This document shows, piece after piece, positions 28,085-41,990 of a DNA stretch of 64,000 bases. Position 1 is the first letter of the stretch; the number at the start of each line of letters is the position of its first letter. This DNA comes from the human T2T-CHM13v2.0 reference genome, Homo sapiens. The stretch is from assembly GCF_009914755.1 (NCBI RefSeq), contig NC_060931.1. One strand, given 5' to 3'. Below the pieces are notes generated by a model. That model saw nothing but the letters and a program-made list of their open reading frames with translations. It did no database searches and was not told where the DNA came from. The position numbers were made by a program, and so were the translations under genes.

Positions 28085-29419
28085 GTAACGGAAGCAGTGC
28101 TTTGGATCATGTAAAAGTTTTCAATAATTTCTGATGAGGGGGAGGTCAATCCCCATGCACCTTGCCTTGGGCCTTGCTGCAGGCTGAAGCTTCTAATTGG
28201 TAGCAGCTGCCTAGGAGCAAGGCATCTAGTCTGGGGTAAACAGCTGTAAGCCTAAGCAGATTTGGGGTTCAACAGGCTCTGTAAGAAGAGAAAGTTGGGG
28301 TCTTTATTGAGATCAACCAAAATTATACAATGTTTAAGGAAAAAACTTTCTATAATTTCGTTTCCATTAACTTCTTTATTTAAATATTCTAATTTGCCGA
28401 CTATTTGGCACAGTCATTTCTATTACCTATGGCATCCCTTTACCCAATAGTTTTCTGATTGTGCTGAGTTGCCTGAGCAGAATTGTGAACTCACCCTGTA
28501 TAAAACCAGTACCATCAAGTTGAACTACTCTGCATGTGGGGGAATTGCTCTGTCATCTAGTGGTTAGTGGTTTGATTGTAGCAGCACATTTTACATCATA
28601 ACCTGAAATGTTAAAGCAGGTGGGACTCTGTGTTTCTTGTTGGTAAGATATGATGAAAAATGAATGAAGTGGGATTGATTTTGAAGGCTACGTGCGCCTG
28701 GAGATTGTTAGGAACCTACATCAGGGAGAGGTACCTTATATTTTACTGAAACTGAGGAACAGCGAAACTCAGCATTTCCAGGAATTCCACAAATATATTC
28801 TGAAATGTGCAGATTAATAAAAATGTTTGACAAAATGTTGACAAGTCTTTCTCACAAAACCAGCAGCAAATCTCACCAGAAAATGTGCAGGATGATGTTG
28901 GCTTTACCAAATAAATCATCATCTGTATTCTACTGGGTGATGAAAAAAAGCAACAAACAAAAACAAAACACACATTGGTATTGATTTAACATACCATGTA
29001 GCCTTCCTGATTATTTGGCATTCTGTTATAAACAGTCTACTAGAGTCTAGGGATGTTTACATCTTTGTTTATTTTTTGAGACCGTTGCCCAAGAGATATT
29101 TGTGATACTTATAAAGAAGTTATAATTAATTGCTTCTTTTTTATAATGCTTATAGTCACAAGTTTCAAAGAATGCTGAATTTTCAATGTGGCTCATCCAT
29201 TTCTTCTCTTGTAACTTTGCTCATCAAAAATTCCATTTAGTTCATGATTATGGTTTGTAATTTTTACCAATGACATTCTTTCTCATCTTCACTTTTGTCT
29301 TACTCTATTTGCTACCACAATAAGAGAAGATAAAGAGTTTTGATAGCAACTACAGACATGTGTTATCCACAGACTTCCTGTGAAGCAAAAATATGTCAGG
29401 GGCAAAAGAATGTTTATAG

Positions 29420-29643
29420 CAAAGATTGGCAAACATTTTCTGTAAAGGGGCAGATAGTAAATATTTGAGGCTTTGTGGACTACACCGTCTACAGCAACAA
29501 CTAAACTCTGTTGTTGTAATGGAAGAGCTTTCATAGACACTGTGTAAACAAATTGGTGTGTCTGTGTTTCAGAAAAAAAGTGTATTTAGAATAACAGGCA
29601 GTGGGCCAGGCTTGGCTCACTGGTCATAGTTTTCTACCCTCTG
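29420..29643 (+). mobile_element. MER58A hAT-Charlie MITE
   Basis: ttggcaaacattttctgtaaaggggcagatagtaaatattt...catagttttctaccctctg; 8-bp TSD-like gtttatag / atttataa. Confidence 0.85.
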
Positions 29644-30539
29644 ATTTATAAGCAGCAGCTTATTTTTCAAACTCAATTTTATTTCAGTCCTGAGTATTCC
29701 AACAAGTGTTTATTTTACGGGCAGCCCTAATGCATTGCACACTGGTATATCCCCAGAAAGGTTCTGTTATAATTCCTCATTTTTCTTTCAAGGTACAGAA
29801 TTTGAAAAAGAATTCAGTGGTAGGTCAAAGGAAAAACCTGCATTCGTAGGAGATGCAAGGAGAAATCATGATGCTTGATGAGGAAATTTTCTCAGATTTT
29901 GCTAGGGCTGATATCCATCCTTCTCCCATGCAGAGATAGCTATGCTCAAATTTCATCAAGTTAGGGATCTTTTTACTGAGTTGCTCTGCCAACATATGCT
30001 ATATCCAGTGATTAAACCAAGAACCACAATCAGCAGGTGAAGTGGAGAAACAAACTACTGATTTCAGATAAGCTCAATGCACCATGTAAACACCATAACT
30101 GATGCTGCATACTTCAGCAAAGGAAGAAGAAATGTTCCTTATTTTTCCTGAAATGAGCCAGGACAAGGGTCAAGCAACCTTGGAATGCTTATGCCACCAG
30201 CACCAGTGTGTCCAAATCTGGGCTTCTTGTTAGAATCTCCTGAGCAAAATAAATACCTTGTGATCTTTAAGAATCAGAATCTCAGAAGAGACATCAGGAA
30301 GCCCTGTTTTACAGGTGATTCTTTTGCAGCTGTTCTCTGCTCAGGTATTTGAGGACGACTGTCGAAGCATCTAGCCCAAGCCCAGCATATTGCAAAAGAG
30401 AAAGCTAAATCTGAGAGGTTAACAATTTACCCTCATCCCCCAACTGTTCCATGACAATCAGAACCATGTTCTTCTGACCAAGTTTCTTTCCACTCCATGA
30501 GCCATTTTTTTTAAGATCATGATACTCTTACTAGAACCC

Positions 30540-30970
30540 TCACCACCATGATGTGAGCTGGGTTTTCCCAAAATTACTTTCTGTGTCTTTCTATTGCAAA
30601 CCCCAAAACTCGCTTTTAATGTTGTGGTCTCTTACTGTAGTTATACTTTCTTCTTTAAATGACCTAAATTACCTTCTTAGTCCTCCTCAGTAGAAATCGT
30701 ATCCATTGTTCAAGATCCAACTCTAATCAACCGTCTTCCAGGAGGGCTTTCTGAGGCTATTGGAATCAACACTAATATTTTTTTTTCTGATGGCCTAGAA
30801 CATTGATCACCTAATCAACTTGATTAAATTAACTTACATATCAATTTCTAGTTGGGTATTTTGCACTTTTCCCTTGAGGGCAGGGGTCTTGTCATATACT
30901 TCATATGAATCATCTGTAGTTAGAAGTGCTGACTCCATAGAAGATCAAAACCTATTCAGAGAATTATGTT
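30540..30970 (+). mobile_element. L2 3' fragment
   Basis: cttccaggagggctttctga...ttgagggcaggggtcttgtc...agaagtgctgactccatagaag. Confidence 0.55.
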
Positions 30971-31116
30971 TAGAAAAATTATTTTGTGTCAGAATAATTT
31001 AGGAGATAGGGTGTAATGACCTTCACTTTGAAATGAGTCATACAATTTTTATAGGCCACAGGCATAATGGTGAATAACTGGCAGACAGACAAGATCATGC
31101 CTTTCATTATTGGATA

Positions 31117-31131
31117 TGTGTGTGTGTGTGA

Positions 31132-31183
<52 letters not shown>

Positions 31184-31191
31184 TTGTTTGT
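31117..31191. repeat. Interrupted (TG)n microsatellite
   Basis: ~37 TG units with a few a/t interruptions. Confidence 0.97.
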
Positions 31192-32485
31192 ATTACAGTG
31201 TTCCCCCATAATATTATTTCTTAGTGTGAATTAGGCCATCCTTGACGTGGGAAAATTGCCTCATGCTATGCCCTTTCATGACACACAAGTGGAAGAAGAA
31301 AAAGTTATCATTTCGTGCAGGTCAGAAGTATGTTGCAGTACTGATTGTGAAAGAAGTAAACTGATTTTTGCGTAAATTTCCCTAACTTAAGCTCTTTTTC
31401 ATCAGAGCAAATGCTAGAGGGATTTTGTTGGTGGTGTTGTCTGATCTAGGTATTCAACCTCAAACCCCAAACTCACCTGTAGAATAACTTGTGTTCTGGC
31501 ATTACTAAGAATAGGTATGGTGTATGCATATTTTAGAAAATACGGCATATATTAACAATTATTGATCTTTAATAAAACTGGAGTCTAATAAAACTAAGAG
31601 TATTTACAATGTGCATATAACAGGATTCTGATATAAAGAAGTTTATTGGTGTCTTTCTATATTTCAAAGACTGTTAATTTTTATTATATCTATTATGCCA
31701 TTTAATTTAATCCTCCCAACAAACCTGGATGAATTTCATTATCCTGTCTACTTTGCAGATTAAAAGCCAGATACAGAGATTAGATCTGTGACTAGGTCAT
31801 ATTCATAATTTTATTTAAATAGTCAACTTTAAACTTTTCTCCTCTGCCCACCATTCTCACTATACAACAGTAACAACACATATGTATAAATACAGTTTCT
31901 ATTAGATTAATATTAAGTTATAAGCTATAATAAATTGATATTATATTGATGTTATGTTTAAGCACATCATCTAAAAATTTTACATATTTTTGCAATTTTT
32001 TGAATCTATGGTACAGTTATTAAAACTCACCTGTGTTGGGAGATGTTTCCTCTAAATTGTCAATCTCAGTTTTCATTATAATCCTCTTCAAAAATGTACT
32101 GTTCACAAACACTTCATAGCTTTCTGGAAAAGATATTTGTTGTCAGGTTTTGTTTCTTTTATGATGTCAGTACTATGATGAGTATATCTATATCTCATCA
32201 CTGTATGTTCTGAAAATAGCATAAATTTGCCCGCCAAATTATTTGAAACACTTTTTAAAGATTCTGACTTTCGCCTTTAACTTTTTATAAATCATTAATA
32301 GCTTTTCTTCATTTCTTACATTGAAAAAGTCAGTGACTAGATAAGAGGACACATATGATCTGTTTCAACAAGAACATGAAATCTCACTTTCCTTTGATTA
32401 ATGTTCTATTGTTTATTTGGTGTTTTTTTCTTTTTTCTTTTTTTTTTTTTTTACTTGAAAACCATTGTATTTTAAAATTAAGTAC

Positions 32486-32800
32486 AGCTGAGCTGGGTGG
32501 CTCATATTTATTATCCCAGCACTTTGAGAGCCCTAGGCAGGAGGATCCCTTCAAGTCAGGAGTTCAAGAGCAACTGGGCAACAAAGTGAGACTCCGTCTC
32601 TCCAAAAAATAAAAATAAAAGAATAAGCTGAGGGTGATGGCGTGTGCGTGTAGCCCTATCTACTCTGGAGGGAGGCTGGAGTCAGAAGATCAAGTGAGCC
32701 CAGGATTTGGAGGTTACAGTGGGCTATGATTGTGCCAATACACACCAACCTGGGCAACAGAGCAAGATCCTGTTTCAAAAATATAAATAAATAAGAATAA
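32486..32800 (+). mobile_element. AluJ-type SINE
   Basis: ggtggctcata...cccagcactttgagag...ggaggatcc; second arm ...ctgggcaacagagcaagatcctgtttcaaaa. Confidence 0.88.
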
Positions 32801-35569
32801 ACCAAGTGCATTATTCTTATAGAGTCTATTCTCCCAAATTTGTCGATTACAAATAAAATTTAAATCACTAAAACATAGTTGTTTTGGTGCTCCCATGCTC
32901 TGCAAATACTCAACAGTCATTCAAGTCATCACCTTTTGTTAGAATTAGCAATGTACTAAAACTACACGAGGAAAATTTGGAATCAGCTGCTCCAAGGGTC
33001 CATATCAAGATTTACAGTTTATGATTATATCATTTTGCACCAAAGTGGAGCTTCTGAATTAAAGTGCAAAAATAACTAAGATGTAAAAATAAACATATGG
33101 TAAGATAATACAGATCAAATTATTAAAGAGATAATATAATTGTTGAATTAATAATTACATATTTATGATTCTTAATATGTACTTTTGATGTAATGCAATT
33201 GTTAGACTTACCTCCAAAATACTCCTTTTAAATAAATGAAGCAATTGGTCTAGGTACTAATATTACCTTAATAATTTTTAAATGTTTTTAAAATAGATTT
33301 TATGAAAACTAGGCGATATAATCAAATGGCTTCAACTTTATTATAAATGAATCTCTGGAATAAATAATCATTATTTTTTCTACATTTATCATGTCCTCAA
33401 ATGTCAAATAAACAGAATTCTAGAAAAAAAGAAGAATCTATGAAATTAAATTTTCTGCTTAGTTGAGGGCATAGGGTGTGTACCTGCATTGGAATAATAA
33501 ATACAAATTAACCTTTGGTAATTGGACGTCTAGACTCTTTCTCAAGTTGGATAGTCATGCCTAGAAGTCTTTGACAAATAAGCTCATGAGTTTGAAGTGA
33601 CACTTTTTGGGTTTTTTGTTGTTTTGTTTTGATTTGGTTTTTAATTAGACATACTTCAGTAGGATTTTAATATAAAATGATAATATTTTCTCTCATCACC
33701 TTAAATTATACCATATTAAATAGTCAGATAACTCAATTTTTCACCACTGTTTGATCCATTCAGTTAATATTGCAAGCTCAAACTCATTACATTCTATCTG
33801 CTTTTTACCCTTCTAGAGGTCTTAAGTTGATATTCTGACTGTTCAGAGACAGAAGTGGGAAATGATTCTGGTTCTCAGATACCTGCTTTACTTTATTGAA
33901 ATCCACTTCCTTTTCTGTGTTACAATGAAAATCAAATAGGATGTGTGGTGAGAAAAGGGACTTGTGGCACTACACTTAACTGGTTCTTAAATCTTTTTCT
34001 CAGTTGTTACTGCCTCTATGGCTAACCCAGCTGACCCTTGACGCCTTCTCTGTGAGCTTGTTCTCTCCTGTAGCTCTTGTTTGAATACTTTGAAGTGCTC
34101 TATAAGTATTTCCATTTTACAGATTGTCATGAGGGAGTTCCAGCTACAAGTCAATATTTTCACATTTTTTTCAGCTCTAACAAATAGAGTATAACCCTAG
34201 AGCATGTTGGTGTTGAGGTCCTCTACCCACAAGGCAGCACTAACCCAGCCAACGTCTCCAAGAGTCCGAATTTTTCATAAAGAGGTCAAACCTCCTTGAT
34301 ATGCTAAACCTGGGGATAACCATTCCGCTCTTTTCCCCTATCTACACTGTACCGTGGCTCTCCAATGCCTTTCTCGTACACATCTTGGCACAAGACCTAA
34401 TCAGCAGGCTCATTGCCAAAGAAGATGTCCAACAGTTACATTCCCAATCTTTAATAAGGATTCTCCTTGAATCAAAATGTTTTGCTTTTCCTACAAAATG
34501 TAGGTCTTACACATTTCCAAGGATATTTGCAAGGACCATAGGGAGTAGAAGTTGGCTATCTGTGTCCTGCTATATCAACTTGGTTTAAAGGTAGGTTTTC
34601 AGTGAAAGGTGGGTTGGTTGTAAACTGTAGCCTCCTCTAAGCTGCACAGGTGTACAGGTCTATAAACATATGACTTTTATTTACCCTCGGTACTCAACCT
34701 TCCTTTTCACACAAATTAAGATAAATAATGCAATAATTATCCAAATTGCTCAGAGTAAGAAAATTTGTTCTGAGTCACTGGCATTCCTGTTTTGCTCTCT
34801 TTTCAACTTTAATCAAATTCATTTTCTCCAATTCAATACTCTGGTGGCTTTCAGGCCTTTTATCAAAAGGGCAACAGATCTGGTAGGATATTAATTATTC
34901 TGATGTTATATATTTGCTTAGATGTTAAATTCTCCCATATGTTCACCTTTTTAGAGACGTTTTCTCTTAAATATCATGTTCAAGGTTTTCTGTCTTTATA
35001 AAGTTTAGGTGATAATAACAGGCAGTTATAGTTTACTTGGGTGGAGGGGCCTTTTAAATAATCCTAGTTTGCCCTCATTCCTGGCTCTCATATTCACTTG
35101 GGGAAGTGATAAGAAGAAACAGATCCCTTTTTCTTTCTTAAAAACAAGGAAACAAAACTCTCTTCCCAATCCCATTATCTTATCAAAGACCCCTCCTGCA
35201 TCTGTTCCTCTGCCTTTCACATTTCGTCACAAAAATCAGACGGTACTTCAGCAATGTTATCTCTTAGAGTTTCTAGTTCTTAAAGACCCCCAAATCCCAC
35301 TCTAAATCCTAATCCTGAAAAGGAATCATTTCCACAGATTGCAAAAAGAATTGGAGAGGCCCGTGGGAAAACATGAAACCATAAAAAGTGAACTTAACCA
35401 GGAATAAGACAAGGAAGTCTGGATTTGCGAGAACTTTATGAATTAAGGAATCCAATCTAGAGCCACTGTAAGTGTCCAAGTGTCTTTGAAAGTTAGTATT
35501 TGCATTAGGATTATTATTATGATTAAATGCATATAGTTTGCAGAAATTTATCACATCAATTGATTTTAT

Positions 35570-36056
35570 ATACATATACCCAAAGGAAAGGAAGTCATTA
35601 TATGAAAAACACACTTGCACACACACATTTATAGCAGCATAATTTGCAATTGCAAAAATATGGAACAAGCCTAAATTCCCATCAACCAACAAGTGGATAA
35701 AGAAAATGTGGTATACATACACCATGGAATACTACTGAGCTATAGAAAGGAATGAAATAATGGCATTTGCAGCAATGTGGATGGAATTGGAGACCATTAT
35801 TCTAAGTGAAATAACACAGGAATGGAAAACCAAATATTGTATTCTCTCACTTTTAAATGGGACACAAAGGCATAAGAGCAATATAATGGACTTCAGGACT
35901 GGGGGGATGTAGGAAGAGGAATGAGGGATAAAAGTCTACACATTGTGTACAGTGTACACTGCTCTAGTGATGGGTACACGAAAATCTCAGAAATTACCAC
36001 TAAAGAACTTATCCACATAACAAAAACTACCCATTCCCCCAAAACTATTGAAATAT
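35570..36056 (+). mobile_element. L1PB1-type 3' end
   Basis: cccaaaggaaaggaagtcattatatg...aaatctcagaaattaccactaaagaacttatcc...aaaactattgaaat. Confidence 0.88.
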
Positions 36057-37481
36057 TTTTTTAGTATTAACTTTATTCTTGAAGACAAGTGGTTCTTGAT
36101 ATTGGATTCTCCAAACTCTTTAATAATAATTTAACCTTATAATAAAGAAATTGCATAAGTGATATGTTCAAATAACCCAAATCGAAATTGAACTTCACAT
36201 TGAAGCTTATTTGTCTTGAAATTATACTTATGACCAATTGCTAAGAACTCAAGTCTTAATACTTTTTTCCTAACTTGAGGATGAGTTATAATAAATGGCA
36301 CAGGCTTTGTTCTTTTATGACCAGTGTGACATATCTGTGACACAGATGACCTTCAATAATGATGTAATAAAGATTATCTGCAATGAACTAGAAAATGGCT
36401 TTTCCTCTCCACAAGAGCTGCTTAGAGACACTTCTGATTTCAATCAAATACAATTTTTAAAAATTTATTAAAATATAAAATATTGGTGAGAGTTACATTT
36501 AAGGAAAGCATTTTTTAATCCATTTCTCTTTTAAAAAGCAATTATTGTAACCAAGAAACAATTTGCTCTTTCCTCTTTGTAACACCAAATTTATAACTTA
36601 ATTACCCAAGGGACTCATTTACAGGTTATAGGAGATTTTACAGGTTATAAGTGATTTGACACTGTGCCTTAACTATGTTATCATCAATTCTAGGTCATAT
36701 TGGTGAGTGTTCCTACTCTATAAATTGTTAAGCATCAGAATTCTGTGTACAGTTTTTTAGAAGTTGATAACCATCTTTATATCTTTAACTTGTTTTAATT
36801 TTTTTCAAGTTTTATAAGCTTGAAAAAATGGTAAAGTGCTAATATGCCAATTCCTAATTATGAACTGTGTAGGAATCTTGAAATGACTATTTTAATACTT
36901 TATTTATAGGATTCCCATTCCCTTGTTCCCTAACAACAAGAATTAATGAGGATGAACAAGTAATCAAACATTATCTGTGTTAAAGTGTGAAGTGAAACAT
37001 AGTTTATCCTGCCATAAATCTTCCTGTCCATATGGTAAAGGTATAATATTGGCAATGAAGCTTGCAACTCCATCTGGACAGATCCTAATTTTCCTGAATA
37101 AGGCAAAGCTTTCTAAATCAAGCCATCTGTTTGTATGCCTTAAAAGAATCTGTAAATAAAATAATGCAATATGTACATGTGAAAAGAGAGATCAATTAGC
37201 TTGACATTGATTAGCACAGTATAGAGCCAATTACGAACACATATTGATAATAGTCAAATACACTATTTTTGCTGCCTTGGACCAATAAACATTACCTATG
37301 CCTATAAAGAATAGCTAATGTATGTGTTAATCATCAAGAGCCAAAGTTTATAAAACTAGAAAAGACCCCCAGTTTTTAGAAGTCACTCCAGCTATTCTTT
37401 CTTCTTGCCCATTGGAAAACCTCCACTTATTGCTTTTATCACCGCATTTAGTAGAACTCTTTAAGAAAAAAATTAACCGGC

Positions 37482-37545
37482 TACATCTTAATCAAGAAAA
37501 TATAAGGAATGGGTACATTTTCATCAAGAAAATATAAGGAATGGT
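37482..37545. repeat. 32-bp tandem duplication
   Basis: Perfect atcaagaaaatataaggaatgg at 37491-37512 and 37523-37544. Confidence 0.9.
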
Positions 37546-37636
37546 TAAAATGGGTCACTCTAGGAAAAGAGGTAGAGAGATGTATTTTAAGAAGTTGTTA
37601 ATATTTGTCTATTATAAAGTAGCTTTAATATATTGT

Positions 37637-38244
37637 TGTAGTAAGCAGAATTCTAAAGCAGCTCTCAAAGCTGCTTTTGCTTCTGGGCATTAATCTTGTA
37701 ATTAAATGACTTTACATGATGAAAAGCGTTTTTGCCCATATAATTCAGGTTACTAACCAGTTGCCTTTAAGACAAGGATATAAGCTGGATGGGCCCAATT
37801 TAATCCCACAAACTTCTTAAAAGCAGAGAGTTTCCTCCAACTAGTAGAAGAATAGAAAATCAGAGAGATATACTCAGGTAGGCCTGAAAGAAAGTAAATG
37901 TGCAGATTTTGAGCTGCTGATGGGTGCCACATGGCAAGAAAGTGTGGAAAGAATCTAGGAGAAGGGAGAATTACCTGGTCAAGAGCTAGCATGAAAACGT
38001 GGGCCTCTGTCATCTAATTGCAGAATTTCAAGTTTGTCACAACCAGTGAATTTCAAGGAAAAGAACCCCAGGAATCTCATTAAAACTTCAGACCTGACCA
38101 GCACCTTGATTTCACATGGTAAAACTTGAACAATCATGCCAAGCATGAATTTCTAACCTACAGAAACTATGAGATAATACATTTGCGTTGTTTCAGGTTG
38201 ATAAGTTTTGGTATTGTGTTATGTAGCAACAGAGAAGTAATATA
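37637..38244 (+). mobile_element. MLT1E-type MaLR solo LTR
   Basis: tgtagtaagcagaattctaa...gggcccaatttaatc...gttatgtagcaacagagaagtaatata; TSD attgt on both sides. Confidence 0.85.
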
Positions 38245-38434
38245 ATTGTGTGGCAGTTTCCCATGTCTTATCCCTGAACTTGTCTGGTAAGTTAGAATGG
38301 GATGATGTGGGCCATGAGGGAACTATTAGCCCTTCAAGATTTAGTGCAAAAGCAAACTTCTGCCGGTGCTGGCATATCATATATTGCTTAATATTAGAAA
38401 AAATCAATAAAGATGAGAGATTCTCCAATGTTAG

Positions 38435-39068
38435 CGTCACAGAGACAATGAGGGCTCACTGCCCGATGTGCTAGAAGCCAGTACTATGACACCAGCTTCT
38501 TTTTTTTTTAGGGGGAAAAAAAATAAAAGCTTTATACTGCAAGGTGAGTCACAAGGAGGCAGGAGTGTCAAGCTCAAACCTGTCTTCCTGCACTGTCATT
38601 AAGACAGTATTTTTATTAGAAAAGGTTTAGCAGGTGATACTGGGATTGGCAGGTGATTGGTGGAAGGTTTGGAAGTCCTTGGGGCATGCACAGTCATGCA
38701 AACTCATGGGTCACATGTGCAAATTTACGGGGGAGTTAATATGAAACATGCAGTGGAATTCAGGCTGTGACATCAACAAACTCATTTTGCACAAACTCCA
38801 GTGGAACATAGTGGTTTCAGCTGATGTCAGTCCTTTTTTCTTGCTCTCACAAGGGAAGGGAGTTTCAGCATCTCAGCAAATTGTTGTTGTTTTTTCTTGT
38901 CTGTTATCCTGCCAACTGAAGACCTTTTGTTAGTTATTGGTTTCTTATTCTTTGGTGCACAGCCTGAGTTTCCGTTTTTCAGTGAATTGTTTATTTTTTA
39001 AAATTTACTAACCTGTAAGCCTAAGAATTTAGTAAATGGTTTTCTTAACTCTTTGGGGCATAGTTTCA
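38435..39068 (-). mobile_element. ERV1 (MER4 group, MER67-like) solo LTR
   Basis: Minus strand starts tgaaactatgccccaaagagttaagaaa; polyA-signal-like region near 38530; 4-bp TSD-like ttag / atag. Confidence 0.65.
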
Positions 39069-39901
39069 ATAGCTTGGCTTTATTTTTCTGATTGAGGCAG
39101 ATAAACATATTAAGTAGATAAAGATTTTCAATGTGTTATGATTTATGTGTCATTTATTTTAGTACTAATATAGTTAGCATTGGAGCATATGAATGCTAAA
39201 TCCTCTGAAAGTTAGTGGGTTTTCATCTTAAGTGATATTATATGTTGTGGAATCCTTTAAAAACTCTGAATTTTCCATTTACTAGGATAGTTGACTAACT
39301 ACAGTGTGTGATTATTTCAGATTCCTACATTAAAAAGCCAAAAATAAATATTTTAATTTCCACTTCTCTTCTTTTGACACTAGAAATTATTTTCTTTCTG
39401 GGCCTTTCATGTCAAATCATGTGAAGTGCCACTTAGTACTGCAGCCTAGAGCATATAAATAGAGATTTTTATTCATTAGGTTCAAGGTGGGAATCAGAAA
39501 TCTGTATTCTATTAAGACTGGGAAGAAAAATAGTTGCACGTTCTACAGTTTGTTGGTACTTCAGCCTATTATAAAGCAGTACCACATTTGTGGTAGGACC
39601 TCAGATTCAGGTGGTATCTGTAAGAGCAGGGCATAAAGAAACACAATATTATTGTTATAGTGAAACATCTAAATATGCACATGAAAAGGGATAAAGACCA
39701 TAAATCAGCTCAGGTCAATTCATATTTTTCCACCAAATAATTTTATAAAAAAGTATTCAGAGCATGTTGGACTTTTGCATTTGGGATAAGAAATTGTGGA
39801 CTATATTAACCTGAGTCCTGCTTTATTGTAAAATCTACTAATAATATATGTTTATTAAAAACTTAAGTGTACCATATTATGTTATAATAAAAGAAGCAAT
39901 T

Positions 39902-40185
39902 GGCCAGGCACAGTAACCTGTAATCCCAGCACTTTGGGAGGTTGACGTGGGAGGATCACTGGAGCCCAGAAGTTCAGGAGAAGTCTGGGCAACAAAGCGA
40001 GACTCCATCTCTACAAAAAATTAGCCAAGCATGCTAGCATGTGCTTGTGGTCCCAGCTGCATAGAAGGCTGAGGAAGGAGGATTGCTTGAGTCTGGGAGA
40101 TTGAATCTGCAGTGAGGCATGTTCACACCACTGCTCTTCAGTCTGGGTGACAGGGTGAGACCCTGTCTCAAAAGAAAAGAAAAGG
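39902..40185 (+). mobile_element. AluJ-type SINE
   Basis: ggccaggcacag...ggaggatcactggagccc...gagaccctgtctcaaaagaaaag. Confidence 0.92.
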
Positions 40186-40258
40186 AATAATGATCACACG
40201 ATGAACTGTATTCTGGTCTATATGCTAGTCTGTGTGATAAGAATACAGTACTCTACAG

Positions 40259-40437
40259 CAGTATTCTCAAACTTTGGCCTAAATCAGACTTACATGGCGG
40301 TCTTATCTATATACAGATTTGCTGGGCCTACCCCCAAAATTACCGAGTCAGTAGCTCTGGGGTGGGGCTCTGGAGTTTGCATTTCTAACAAATGCCCAAG
40401 TGATAATAATAATGCTATCAGTTTAGCAACCACACTA
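40259..40437. mobile_element. MER5A MITE
   Basis: cagtattctcaaactt...cagatttgctgggcctacccc...tttgcatttctaacaa...accacact. Confidence 0.85.
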
Positions 40438-40657
40438 TAGTCTATAAACTTTGTCTATAAAGAAGATATCAAACATTTTAGGCCTATGACCCATAGGAGG
40501 AATTTTTCACAACTTTCTCAACTCCGCCATTGTAGCTCAAAAGCAGACATAGACAATATGTAGACATATGATCATGGCTTTATTCCAATAAATGTTTACT
40601 TAGAAAAAATATTCATGAGCCTGGATTTGGCGCATAGCCATAGTTTTCCAATCTCTG
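40438..40657 (+). mobile_element. MER58A MITE
   Basis: caactccgccattgtagctcaaaagcagacatagacaatatgta...ttccaataaa...catagttttccaatctctg. Confidence 0.85.
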
Positions 40658-40665
40658 CTCTAGAG

Positions 40666-40878
40666 CAGGATTTCTCAACCTCGGCATTATGGACATCTTG
40701 GAATGGATAATTATTTGTTGTGAGGAGCTGTTCTGCACATTGCAGCAAGTTTAGCAACATACTTGACCTCTACCCACTAGATTATAGAAGCATCCCCCCA
40801 AATGTGATGAACAGAAAGTCCTCATACTTTGCCAGATGTCTCTTGAGGGGCAAAATTGCCCCCAGTTGAAAGCCAAAA
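40666..40878 (+). mobile_element. MER20 MITE
   Basis: caggatttctcaacctcggcattatggacat...ctctacccactagat...gggggcaaaattgcccccagttga. Confidence 0.88.
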
Positions 40879-41151
40879 CTCTGGAAAGAAATAGGTATTA
40901 AAGAAAATTAGCATGTTGTGATAGAAAACAGTCAAAGCCAGATTCTGAAGAAAGGGAAATCTGAACAACCTGAGTGAACATTTCTGATTCTCTCTTTATC
41001 ATGACTTCTGGCAGATATTCCTCTGGAAGCCAAACTATCAAGTTGGAGCCAAATTTGTGACCTATCAGAAAGCTGAATGAAACTGTTATTTTGAAAGCTT
41101 CTGAAGATTCAGATATAAGGTGCTTGCTTCAAATTAAAATCCAGTTGCTGG

Positions 41152-41589
41152 TGTCATGCTAGACTACTACTGACTTCAGTAAGGATGGTACCATGTTCAA
41201 GAGGCCAAAAAAGAGATCTGGAGACAGTAAACAAGACAAAGGGTTTATTAAGGGGACTTAAATACAGGGCAGTCCAGTGGCGGCAGGCTGGATAGGAGAA
41301 CTGCAACCACTTATAGAAATACAGTTTATATACCATTTTCACTTAGCCCTCTCCCCCCTAGCAACCTCTATTTAACCCAGAAAGAGGGCCGTCATCCATT
41401 CTACAGCCTGCATTCCATGGGATGGGCTGAGAATTTAAGTGTTCCTCAAAGATAAAGAATGAAACCTTGTGGTGGGCATTTCCAAATTCCTTAGTTCAGA
41501 ATTCCAAATACACATTCCTCTTAGACCATAGGGTCATTCTCAGAGTTTGCTTCAGTTAAATCATTGTTGTCAGGTGCATATACCATACA
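41152..41589 (-). mobile_element. ERVL solo LTR (LTR47-like)
   Basis: TG...CA ends; minus strand begins tgtatggtatatgcacctgacaacaat...ctgagaatgaccctatggtctaag; AATAAA on the minus strand near 41245. Confidence 0.65.
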
Positions 41590-41796
41590 TCTAGGTGAGT
41601 GATTTATGAGATGGATACCACCAGTTACATATTTTCAAGGGTGTATATACTGGTTAGTGGGTCAACTGGTAGAACAGACTTATCTTTTAAGTATAGGGAG
41701 AACAGACTTGCGCCACTGAGTCCATGCAGGTTACAGAGAGTCTAGCTACTCACATTCTCTCAGCAGCATCAACGGTGATTTGCAGTGTAGGGCTAA

Positions 41797-41990
41797 GGTG
41801 AGGTTTCTTAACATGTGGTTCTTTAGAGCAGCATTAGCATCCCCTGGGAATTTGTTAAAATGCAAGTTTTGGGTATTTACTCCCTACCTACTTAATCAAA
41901 CAATCAGGATTTGGGGCCCAACAATCTGTATTTTATTTTAAACAAGCCCTCCAGGTGATGCTGATGTATGGTAAAGTAACAATCACCATT
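41797..41990. mobile_element. MER5A MITE
   Basis: gcagcattagcatcccctgggaatttgttaaaatgca...aacaagccctccaggtgatgctgatg. Confidence 0.8.

Noticed and set aside
34130-34700. GC-richer stretch containing a 95-aa ORF
   Set aside because: No recognisable protein motif, splice structure or repeat family; cannot be supported
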